Made by a program: the position numbers and the translations under genes
Part shown: piece after piece, positions 11,436 through 23,400 of the stretch
Layout of the letters: the number at the start of each line of letters is the position of its first letter
How positions within the stretch are numbered: position 1 is the first letter of the stretch
The notes under the pieces: model-generated
Seen by the model: only the letters and a program-made list of their open reading frames with translations
What the model was told of the DNA's origin: nothing
Database searches by the model: none
Origin: Oculina patagonica
Taxonomy: Eukaryota
Assembly: GCF_052425735.1 (NCBI RefSeq)
Contig: NC_135762.1
Location: 17,794,001-17,857,871 of the forward strand
Direction: 5' to 3'
DNA: 63,871 nt

Positions 11436-14400
11436 TCCTGACCGAGAGCCAAATATTTTCCCGTCCGGCCCGACCTAACTCAGTCAATAAGCATTTTATC
11501 ATATGACCACTGAATTTTTTTATTGTTTTTTCTTTCGTGGATGCAGACGCGGCGGCCCATTTCGCGCGCATTTTGAAAAGCCAATGGTAGCTCGTATAAT
11601 TTGTTTGGGAAGCCAGTAAAGTGCATTTGAACTGCGATGTGCGTGCAAAGTTTTAAAACTTCAAAATTGTCAACCAAATCGCCGAGTTAAGCTCCAATCC
11701 AAGGAGATTTAAATCCGACTAAATTCCTCGTACAGGAATGCAGTTAGTAGAAATTTCAAAGGAAACGTTTGTGAAAGACTACAACAAAGAGTTTGCACGA
11801 CGTTTCGGCTAGTCATGCTCGTCTCAGCGAAGACTGAGTTTAACCTGATTGAACAACTTAGCGACGTTTCTTCTGCCGAAATTCACAATTGGTTTGAACG
11901 AGAGGATTAATTAATTTTCCTCCAAGAAGGATTTTGGATGTTAAAAACAACACTAGACCATAATCTATCAACTACATGAAGACTTGGAAAGGGATTGTAC
12001 TAGCAATTCAGGATTTTGCTTCGCTTCGTTTCCCTTCGGCTTCAAATTGGTTTGTTTACCACGGGTCGTAGATTCATGAACGTCTGCTGTTGCTGCTTAA
12101 TCCTTGCATTCGTTAGTTCATCGACGATGTTAAGCTCTGCATTACAGTTGATGTCCAAATTGTGCTTAAAATGCTTCGTGAAAACAAGCGGAAAACTGTG
12201 TCATTGATCAGGTTAGTCGCAAACAGGTACTCGCAATTTGTTTATTGTGATTTAAAATTTCCGCAGCCTGAGAAAAGAGAAATTTATGTTTACTTCGCAT
12301 TTGCATTTTTTCTTCAATGTTTATCATGACTACAAACCAGGATGCGTCTTTGTCCGATTATGTTTTTTTTTTTGAAACGGCTTTTATTTCGATTTTATTG
12401 TTGTTGTCCGGAGTATTTCTTAATCATTTGCCGAGTTTAAACACGTTTTTTTTTTATTTTTTGCGTCTGCAAACTACATTGTTTTCTAGATAGTTAAGAC
12501 GGATTCCGCTGAAAGTTCGAGCAATGAGTGCGAAAATTAAGTACCAAAAATCCACTCATTGCACGGCAACATTTTGTATACTATTTAAAAGATCTCATTA
12601 AAATTCATTTGTCTTAGTGACCCCGCAATTAAATTCTAAAGCATTCTCGAGAAAATTAAAGTCAAACCTCGAATAAAAGTATAAAACGCGCGCCATTTTG
12701 TTTTGAACCGGCGCAAAACGTCCGTTTTAACTGAAATAAAGACAACTTCAAATCCATTTTTTTCTCGCGGGGTCAGCTTGAGTGCTAAATTTTTGGCAGG
12801 TTGTTGTTAGCTGTACTAAAACTGTTGCCATGCTAAGAGGTCTTTTTGGTAACTTTATTTTTGCCTATATTGCTCGAAAATTGTGCGGAAACCATCTTAA
12901 GTTTTAATAAACATGTTGGACATCAGTTTGCTTTTTAGAAAAATCTTAACTATTGCTCATCTGAATTCAAAGCTGTGGAATCAACTGGTTCCGGATTTCG
13001 GCAGTAGCGGGGCCGTACGCTTTTCTAGTAGGGCCGTACGGCTTTTTCCGGCCCTGCTAGAGTGAGGCGTACGGCCCTCATACGGGACTTTTTTTCATAT
13101 GGTTTTCCAAGGAAATTGCGCGCGGGTCCGTACGGGTCATATGATAATATATGTTCTTCTTTATCAATTCCTGTCGTTGCCAGATCTGGATGAGTGCGCT
13201 GTCAACAATGGCGGCTGTCAGCACGTGTGCACCAACAGCCCAGATGGAAGCTATCATTGCTCCTGTAACAGAGGTTTTCTTCTTCACAGCGACAGAAAAC
13301 AATGCCGAGGTAAACTATGAAAAAACACTGTGGATTAATCTAAGTAAGCTGCCATGTAAATTCATGTCTTATTCCATGATTGCAGCATCTGAGGGTGACT
13401 TTGCCTATTGTTCTTCTGAATGGCGTCAAGACATCTTATGGAGTCATACTGTAGCGAGCAGCACAGACATTAAGGATTGTCCTCAGGATCGCCTCAGTGG
13501 TGGTAAGTTTTATCCAGATTATATGGAACAATGTTATCATTACATGACGGTGAGATGCAAACTAAATAATATAAAATAAAAATTAATTTAGGTGCACAGC
13601 GTTTGTGTTGGTTAGGCACAATACAGGTACGTCTACCTGAATTAATAAATAACTTATTTATCACTTGGTTTGTGAATAGATTAAAGCCATTTTAAAGTCA
13701 GTCATTCTTTTACAGGGCGACAAGAGACACGGAAAACATTGTTTTTTATAACAGATTGCATGCATCAATGACTGCTAATTTTTCCTTTTTCCTTTATGCT
13801 CCTGAAAACTAAGATTTGGCAGGGCAAGAAGACTACTTCTGTGAAACTCTAAGAACGGACGTTACCTTTTTTTCGATTGCGTCCTCGGGTAAATGTACTC
13901 ATGATCATATTTTATATGTTGTAATCAGGTGACGCACAGAGGACCTGCTACAGTGGTGTCAGTAAAGGAGTGTGGGGTGTACCTGATCTCACTAGGTGCC
14001 TAACAAAAGCCATGTATGAACTCGAGAAAAAGGCAAGTTACAACGACTTCTTAGACTTCTAATTGACGTCAATGTTAGGCGCGATTAAAAACGTAGCTTA
14101 AATTTGCGCCAAATAAGTGCTTTTGTGATTTTTATTATTTAATTATTATTAACTATCATTATTGTTATTGCGTCATTATTATTATAATTGCTTCGAAAGG
14201 GCTCAAAAGGCCAGACAACGGTCTCCATGCAAGAATAACACAGCGGATCGCCTGTTTAGATCAATAATTCTAGTTTTTAGAGTATTTTAAACTATTACTT
14301 GGTTTCAAAGTTATAACTTGGACGAGGGTTTTGGACTCATGAAACGTCAGCGTTTTACCTAAAAAAATATTCAATTCAAATTCCTTTCTCCTCGTTCTAT

Positions 14401-17400
14401 CTCGACAGCTTGAAAGATTGCTAAACGGAGATGTCAGCTTCTCAGATTTGCTTTACATTGCAAAGGAATTGCGAGATATTCTGGACCCCAAAATTGATAA
14501 GATTTATTCAGGAGATATATTTGCTGCAGTAGATATCATGAATACTTTGAATCAACGGGCCACCGGCACAATGAAGAACATTACTAAAGAAGAGCTAACT
14601 GATTTTCTGGAGGTAAGAATTCTGATTGATTTAATGAATTTTCCCACTTACATTATATGTTATTATATGTGTGTGCACAAAAGGATTTTTAACGATCATC
14701 TTTTCGTCGGCTTATTTTAGTTGTTATATATTTTTTTTTTTTTGTATTTAACTACTGACTGATTATGTTACAGAATATGGGTGGCACAGTAAGTAATCTG
14801 CTCCACACAGAAAATAGACAGGCCTGGAATGGCATGGATAAGGTAGATAAACTATTTTTCGATTTGATTCTATTACTCTAGTTGGCTACAACAACTACCT
14901 AACTCATTTAATACGACATTTATGCGACACTTTTGCTCCTTTTACGTTTTTGATATGTACTTTGCAAGAAAACTACCGGGTAACATAAGTTCCTTGTTTC
15001 TAGATTGCTCTCAAGGCCACAGAGATGATGGCCGCTTTAGAGGATAGTACTGCAACTGCTGCTAGCCAACAGCTTCAAGACATGCTGAATAACGCCATTA
15101 CCGACCCAGACAAGTTTCGCAATCTTAGCATGAGAGTCAAAACTTTCCATGTTGGTAAGAATTGAATCATACAGAACATACTTTGCGGGTGGATGCAAAT
15201 GTATTTTGGCATGTATTGTTAGTGATTCACAAGGTTGTCTTACTCTGTTTGTTTTCATATTGGTCTTATTTTATGTTTTAAGGTAAGACTTTATAAACGT
15301 TTCGCACAGATTCGTACTTTATGAGGTAGTTTTCCCATGAAACTTGGACTTGAGCCACGGCGAGTTGGAGAATGTATTGCATAGCGGAGTTGTCTATTAT
15401 TTTTACCTTTTTCCACCTTCGTTAGTTGAGCAAAGAAGCTGCATAAAAGGATTTGAAAGATACCGTAAAATTTCGGTTAAAAGCCCCCCCCCCCCCGCTT
15501 ATAAGCCCCCCGGTTGTAGGTTCATCTACCTGGAAACAACAAATTACATCCGATTATAAGCTCCCCCGGATATAAGCCCCCCTCTGCTGGATGACAGTAC
15601 TGAACAAGGCTAAATCTTGCGTTATTATGTGTTTTTAACTTAAAAACGTTTTTCAATCAACACTCTCGTGGGGATCTATGTAACTCTTTCCTTTCACGTC
15701 TCAAAACGAAGAAACATGCTAAACGAATATGAAGCTTCCTCGTTATGTCACAAATCACAGAAATCACAAATTTGAAGACTGTTTAATTGATTTGCACTTT
15801 TGATTTTGTATGATTGTACAGAGATATCCATTGACGTGGTTGAGATGATAAAGTTCAAAGGTCTTTCACTTTCGATGATGCGTAACTTGTCCATGGATGG
15901 TGGAAACGGATCAGTTATTTTGAATCAGATCAGTTTTCCGCCTTCCTTATTTGAAGATGCACTTACAGAAAAGTTAGCGTCAGGTGCGTGTTAGCGGCTC
16001 TATATACATGAGAATTGAGAGTGAAAACTGTATGAAACATGTTAGATAAAAGTAATTAAATTGACAATGAATGGTGACAGAGCACATAACTAATGTAATG
16101 TGTCTGTCAGAGAGCACTGAGAGCACTATTCTGATCTTCGCATTCTCTTTTATTAACCAACTCAAACTGAATGCCATATTCAGCCATAATCCTTATTTAA
16201 AAAAAGACTAATTAGAAGGAAAGCAAACGATTTCTTTGAAATCAGGAGATCCTGACGCGGAAAGCCAAGATTTTTAAACGTGCCTAAGGTGTTTTTTAAT
16301 ACCACTCTCAAATTAGAACAAATCTGTTATGAATAGTTTCAACTACAACTATTTCATTTTGTGTTCCAGGATTCTATACCAGTCTTGGCTGTTTTAGTGA
16401 CAATGACCAAGACCGGGCGGTACCTACCATGGAAGGAACACATCAGTTGTTAAAAGGAAGCTTCCTTACTCGCAAGGATGCTGTAGAGAAGTGTGCAGAA
16501 GTGACCAGGAGTCGTGGATGGAAGGTTTTTGCCGTTCAAGATGGCGGCTGGTGCGCGTCGAGTCCCACAGCTCATTTGACGTACAACAAATACGGGACCG
16601 CAGTAAATTGTGTGGATGGGAAAGGAGGCATGTTCGCTAACGATGTTTACATCATCAATGGTAAGATATAACATGGGTTGATGTATGAGTTACCATCAAA
16701 TGATACTTAAACTAAAAGAGATGGGTTTTTTAATATAAATCAAGATAGTATTTTTCTATAGTATTACGCCGTAATTTGGCAGCATGAAAATAAATCATCC
16801 TTCCTACAACAGTACTTTCGGACTATCAGAGCCAAATACAATGGAAAGAAATACAAACAAGGGAATGGACAAGTTTCTTTTTTTGGCGATAAAAATATTC
16901 TTTACATTGTAAAAAACTGTACTGTAAACTGTACAAATTAGTAACAGTCAGAAATAAATAACGCAAATAACTAAACGCAAAAACAGCAATAATTAATAAC
17001 TGCTTTATTTCTTGCATAGCCTACTACACGAGCGTGTGCTCAATATTTTACAAGAACTTGGAGGATTTATTAACTTCGGATCCTCTGTTGGAAATATGGT
17101 GAGTGCGAGGAAAATATATTATGCATCTAACAATAATCCTACCGTAATTATTGACACTCTTTTGCCTTTTTGGTTTGCTGATGTGATTGTTTGGTAACTT
17201 TTGTTTTTTGCTCTGTTTCTGTTTTTGTTGTTGCTGTTGTTGTTTTTTCTGTAACAAATAATGACTTAAGTAGATTAGTTGTTTTTGTAATGACACTGAA
17301 TTTGCTCACGGAGTTAAATAATAATTTCATTCGTGATGGATTTTCAGGTCTTTAGAAGAGATGGGCGCACAGACGCCCTATAACAAATCCAAGCTGAACT

Positions 17401-20400
17401 CCATTATAACTTCGGGCAAAATAGTGTCAGAAGAACAGAGGTTTTACCAGTCCCTCCCAGATCCAATAGAACTAGTATTCGAACACTTGGTAAGAAAATT
17501 AACTGAATAATATACTTTATGACGTAGCTGGTGCGGTGTGTACACCATCCATAAACCGAACATCTCACGATATTTGTATTTTGAGTCGCCCTTCGGGCTC
17601 ACCTAAATACTGCATGACTCGTAAAAATATATACTAGTTATGCAACGCTTTCGAGTGGTATACTATGGAATATCCCACTTGTCACTTGTATTTTCTTGGT
17701 ATACACACTCGCCTAAAGGCTCGTGTGTATACCAAGAAAATACAAGTGACAAGTGGGATATTCCATAGTATACCACGAGAAAGTGTTGTATAACTATTTT
17801 ATACCATGCCATGGAAAATACGCTTACTAAATTTCGTCGAGAATACAATCGCAGCGCACGATGGGAAGGTTGGGTTGAATACCGTCGAATATACAACGGC
17901 TTTCCTGTATTCTGATTGGCTGTATTTTCTATGGCATGGTATAAACAGCGATATGACACACTAAAATTCCTACTAAGATATATATACCACACAAACTACC
18001 CTCATCAGGCCATTTTACTGGTTTAGAACTTAGTCAACTTATGGACTTGTTTAAATCTTCTTAAAGTATCTCAAGCCCTTATGGTCAACGCCTGAAACTG
18101 TTCGATTAAGTCCGTTATTTAAGGTTATCCAGAAAATAGCACATACCAGTCCAAATAAAAGTTTGAGACAAAGATAATCTCATTTGGGATTACGTTTTCT
18201 ACGACAATTCATGCCAGGTAACAAGGGCTGTTAATGTTAACATTTGGACATTTTATGCTTTTTGTATCCAGGATTCTAACGACACTACACCTATTCTGTG
18301 TGCTTTCCTTAACATGGACTCAAAGTAAGTAGAAATTCATGGTCTTTTGAATCGCAGTACCCTAACTGACACTGGATGAATTTGTGTTGCGTAGTCCTAA
18401 ATTCAACTCCTACGCGCTTAATTAACCAACTGGTCAGTCTCCAGTCAGTTGGCATTCTTAAATATTTTATGTTTGTTTCACTTTTGTTTGTATTCACGGC
18501 CCAACAAGCTTCTAGTTTTAAACACAACCGTGTATAAATAAAAGTCCCTTTCTGTTTTTTTTTTCTTTTCAATACTAAGATACTACGAGTTTATCAGAGT
18601 TTTTATTTACACGCTTTTACAAAAGTTCATCTTTTTTTTTCCTCTACAGTGGTCCGAACGATCGATGGTTTGACGATGGATGTTATGTGTACCAAGATAA
18701 CAACACTCATACTGTCTGTCACTGTTCACATCTCACCAACTTTGCTCTTCTTTTTGATTTCCGTGGCTCTCCGGTAAGACGACGTAGGCTATGTTTTTCC
18801 TCGGTTATTGTTTTCGGTTCGGCTATCAGCGGTTACGTTTTTGCGCCTTTGTTTGGTCGATGCAGCTTTCTTTCTTTAGATCAGTCATCATTTTGATCTT
18901 TTTAACCGGCAATTTTGGTCGAAATTTCCTTGTAATATGATACAAAGGGAATAAGCCGCGTAGCACTCTTAACCATAATAATTCATAATTCCCACGAAAT
19001 TCCTCTGCATCAATTTCCAAACAACGCTTATAAAGCTTCCCCAATTGCGGATTGTTGATGTTAAGAACATTTATAAGGTGAATTTATATTGGATACCGCT
19101 TTTGTAGTACTCCGGTCACTCCAACACACCTTCCCTATCTCTGATTCCTCCGTCTGTCCTCGTCCAGGTCGTTCTAAGTCTCCCTACTGCCCTTTTATCT
19201 GTTAGTTGCCATCCTAGCGCCACCATGCAGTCATTGTATCTATCTGCGCGAAGTAGATGGTCTATCCAGTTCCAACGCCGTCTTCTTATTTCATCACTGA
19301 TTCTGTTGACGTGTGTCATTTCTATGACTTTTTCATTGCTTATTCGCGAAAGCTATCTCATCCTTAGAATCCCTCGCAAGCATTTGGACTGAAATGCATC
19401 TAGTTTCTTTTCCTTGCCCGTGGTCATTTTCCACGTTTCGCACTCATATAGGAGTGCTGATCTAACTTGCGTCTTACACAATAAAGCAATAGAGCTTGAC
19501 CTATTTTCTTAAATACACAAATGATTTTAATATTTTGTCACTTATTTTTACATATTTTATCGCATTTCAGCGTTCGTGACTATTTTGCCTATTTTACTAT
19601 TTTAATATATTTATGCTAATTTTATATTTTTATTCGCACTTGAAAATGACCTCGGAGAGGTCGAAACGTCGTGATTTTATATCGCTAAATTTCATAACAA
19701 AATCTATATCCAAGAAACTACTTATCAGGATTTTGTTTTATCAGGACATTATTAAAAAAGATGACGACATGATCTTGTTGATGATGTCATATGTGGGATG
19801 CGTGTTATCAGCCACTTGTTGTTTTCTTGCCATCTTTATCTACAGTATCTTACAGTAAGTAATCCTGGTATTTCAATGTGTCACAGTTATTATTTATTTA
19901 AAATTGAGACAAATTCTTTTCAATTTTTTGCATAATGTATTTATGATGCGTAATCATAGTAAACGACCAAAGTTGAATTTTTGCAGCATTAAGAAATACA
20001 TGGCTGAGTGGCGAGTCTGATCACTGCCGGAACTTGAATTTGAGTCGTTCTGTTTTCTGTAATAAAGTGAGTTCCTCTTGGCGGAGTCAAACGCTCAACT
20101 TTTCAGCCACGCTGATGTAAATAAACAACTGGTCCACTTTTTAATATTTATTTCCTAACAAGCATTTATGTGCTTCTTAAAATAATTTTTTTGATATTTA
20201 CAACGTCTCCAATTAGCATCACCGTTAAAAGTATCGACCCTTAAAAGTTGACTGGTTTGAATTTGTTTTCAGCCTAAAAGGAGACAGTATACACGTGCAC
20301 AAAAATCTGGCATTCAACATAGGTGTTGTTCAACTCATTTTCCTGCTTGGAACGGACCAGACTCACAATAAGGTGAAACGATTCAACGAATAAATAATGA

Positions 20401-23400
20401 AAGACTTTTAAACTGATACTAGATCAGTTATACTTTGAATAATCCCAAGGATCGTGGGGTTTCCCCATCGATCCCTATCAAACAACAAGTAAATGACATC
20501 ATATCCATCATGTAATACCTATTTCACTGTTTTAGTGCAAATCTCTAATTGTATTCGTACGACACAATACGACATATAGAGTACCTGTCGCTCGTAGAAC
20601 TTCATGTATGAGTTCACGTTGCGTCCATCACTCATTTATTAACTCCACAGTGGCTGTGCAAGGCTGTGGGGATTGCACTGCATTTCTTCCTTACCGCCAT
20701 GTTCTCCTGGATGCTAGTGGAAGGATGGCATCTTTATCTGACCATCATCAAAGTGTTCTGCACACAAAAGAAGAGTTTCCTCAAGAGATACTATATTTTA
20801 GGATATGGTGAGCTTCTGTTTTTAAACAAAAATTAGACCTTTCTCTCTCTACATGAATTACTTTAAATGTTTAAAAAAAATTATTGTGGAACAGCCATCT
20901 CATAGAAGTTTCGCTTACATGAGTTCAATAAACCCCTGTTGTACGTATCGGTGCGTGAATGACTCCGCCCTTCCTGTTAAAATCGTATTGAATTTCTCAT
21001 CTCATGGTAGCTACTGGTGGATACGATCTCGATATACCACCCAATTCTCTAAACTAACATATAAAGGCACGGCACTGACAGTTAATATTAGCTAGGATAA
21101 GTTACTAGAGTAATCAAATAACAATAACATTATATACTTTGACTGGTTTATTTAAGGTCTACCTACCGGTGTGACTGCATTATCCATGGCTATTTTCTGG
21201 GACAATTATGGAATAGGGAAAATGTGAGTTATTTAATACATAATACTGTATATCGAGTGTTTTTGTTAACCATCCCTCTGTGTAAAAGCGTTTTGTATCA
21301 AAACAAAGTTAACTCTAGCCTCGCTCCCGCTCAAAAGACCTGGTCGCTTAGTACACAACTGTAAAATTGACCCTCGTTTTCAATTAGACAAGGATAATAT
21401 ATTAGTAAAAAATGTTCGGGTTGTAGCCAGAGATGTTAAAAATTCGAATTAATAAGTTGACACTGGCTAAAAATATTGTTTTTGGACGTTTCGGCCACTA
21501 CTGTTGCCTTCTTCAGCAAGATAAAAATGCAAATGTTCAGCGGCGTCCTGTTAAAATATGTAACGAATGTGTGATTAAAACTAAATGAACTTTCCGAGTG
21601 CAACAAAATTCTCTAGAGCATTCTTAATGAGTCTATGAATTCTTAATGCTATTGTAAACGTTTGGTAGCGCTATGTGTTCGTTTATAGCGTTCCTATCTC
21701 GCACAGAATGCCAAACTTCAAGAATTAGTCGTTGTTTCCACACCGTTGACTTGTCAACAATTTCGACGCTCTCCAAATCTATTTGATGGTCGTTATGCGT
21801 ATGGTGTTTTGCCAACAAAGAGTTTTTATCCAAAGTTGCGATGGCCTTTGCGTGTTCTTTCATACGTGTTTTAAGCGCGCGTGATGTCTGACCAACATGA
21901 ACACAGTCGCAATCGTTACACTTGATCTTATATACAATTCCTCTGGTATCTCGATCCTGCATTTGGTTCTTTCAGTATGTTCGAGATGGTACGTATAGGT
22001 TTATGGGCGACCTTGATGTTGAAGCCACGAAGAACGTTTGCAATTCTTTCGGAAAAACCTTTGGCGTAAGGGAGGATAACAAAACAACGATGGTCGATAT
22101 CATTTGTTTCTTGTTGTCTACTCGGTTGGCGCAGATTTTGAATACAATTTGCAGGGTAGTTATTAGTGGCGAGGGCTTTCGCTACTCGCTTAGTTTCCCG
22201 TGATACTTCCTCCTCGCTGGAAGGAATGTTCCTCGCGCGATCCATGAGAGTGCGAGCGACCGAGTGTTTATGCTGGGGATGGTGGTGTGATTTGAAATCC
22301 AGGTAACGATCGGTGTTGGTAGCTTTCCTGTAGACAGACACGGTGATCGAGCCATCTTCTTATCTGGTTGTTTTGGTGTCAAGAAAGGCAATGGAACCTT
22401 CTGATTCTACCTCGATTGTAAATTTGATGTGAGGGTTGATGGAATTTAGATGTGAGTGGAATTCATCTACGCGTTCCCTTTTTACACATACGTGGCTGTC
22501 ATCTACGTATCTAAACCACCATTTGGAAGGTTAGGGGTCGAAGAGAGAGAGCCTTTTCAGTAGATCCCGACGAGATCCTAGTATCTTTTGACGTCGTGTC
22601 ACTGTTTACTTGCATTCCGACCCACCTAGCAACCGAAGTGGTTAAAGAGAGACTGGATTCTGAGCAGTCACTACCGGAGAGAACCAACTTGTCCATCCAA
22701 AATATCATGGCACTTCTACAGTTCGTCCTCGACAACAATTTCTTTGTATTACAAGGCAACCATTTCCAACAAATTTTCGGTTGTCCGATGGAATCCCCAG
22801 TGAGCGCAATCTTGGCCAATCTCGTCGTGGAACATGTCGAAGAAAAGGCTCCCTCTTCGACCCCTAACCCTCCCAAATGGTGGTTTAGATACGTAGATGA
22901 CAGCCACGTATGTGTAAAAAGAGAACGCGTAGATGAATTCCACTCACATCTAAATTCCATCAACCCTCACATCAAATTTACAATCGAGGTAGAATCAGAA
23001 GGTTCCATTGCCTTTCTTGACACCAAAACAATCAGACAAGAAGATGGCTCGATCACTGTGTCTGTCTACAGGAAAGCTACTAACACCGATCGTTACCTGG
23101 ATTTCAAATCACACCACCATTCCCAACATAAACACTCGGTCGCTCGCACTCTCATGGATCGCGCGAGGAACATTCCTTCCACCGAGGAGGAAGTATCACG
23201 GGAAACTAAGCGAGTAGCGAAAGCCCTCGCCACTAATAACTACCCTGCAAATTTTATTCAAAATCTGCGCCAACCGAGTAGACAACAAGAAACAAATGAT
23301 ATCGACCATCGTTGTTTTGTTATCCTCCCTTACGCCAAAGGTTTTTCCGAAAGAATTGCAAACGTTCTTCGTGGCTTCAACATCAAGGTCGCCCATAAAC

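Noticed and set aside
11272-11571. 99-aa ORF (and the 109-aa ORF at 17663-17992)
   Set aside because: Both lie in palindromic repeat elements; chance ORFs.
11794-11830. Partial hammerhead-like motif on the minus strand (ctagccGAAACGTC)
   Set aside because: The 5' strand of stem II and the CUGANGA core are disrupted.
14318-14352. gacgagggttttggactcatgaaacgtcagc, resembling a hammerhead relic
   Set aside because: Core and stems are too degenerate to support.
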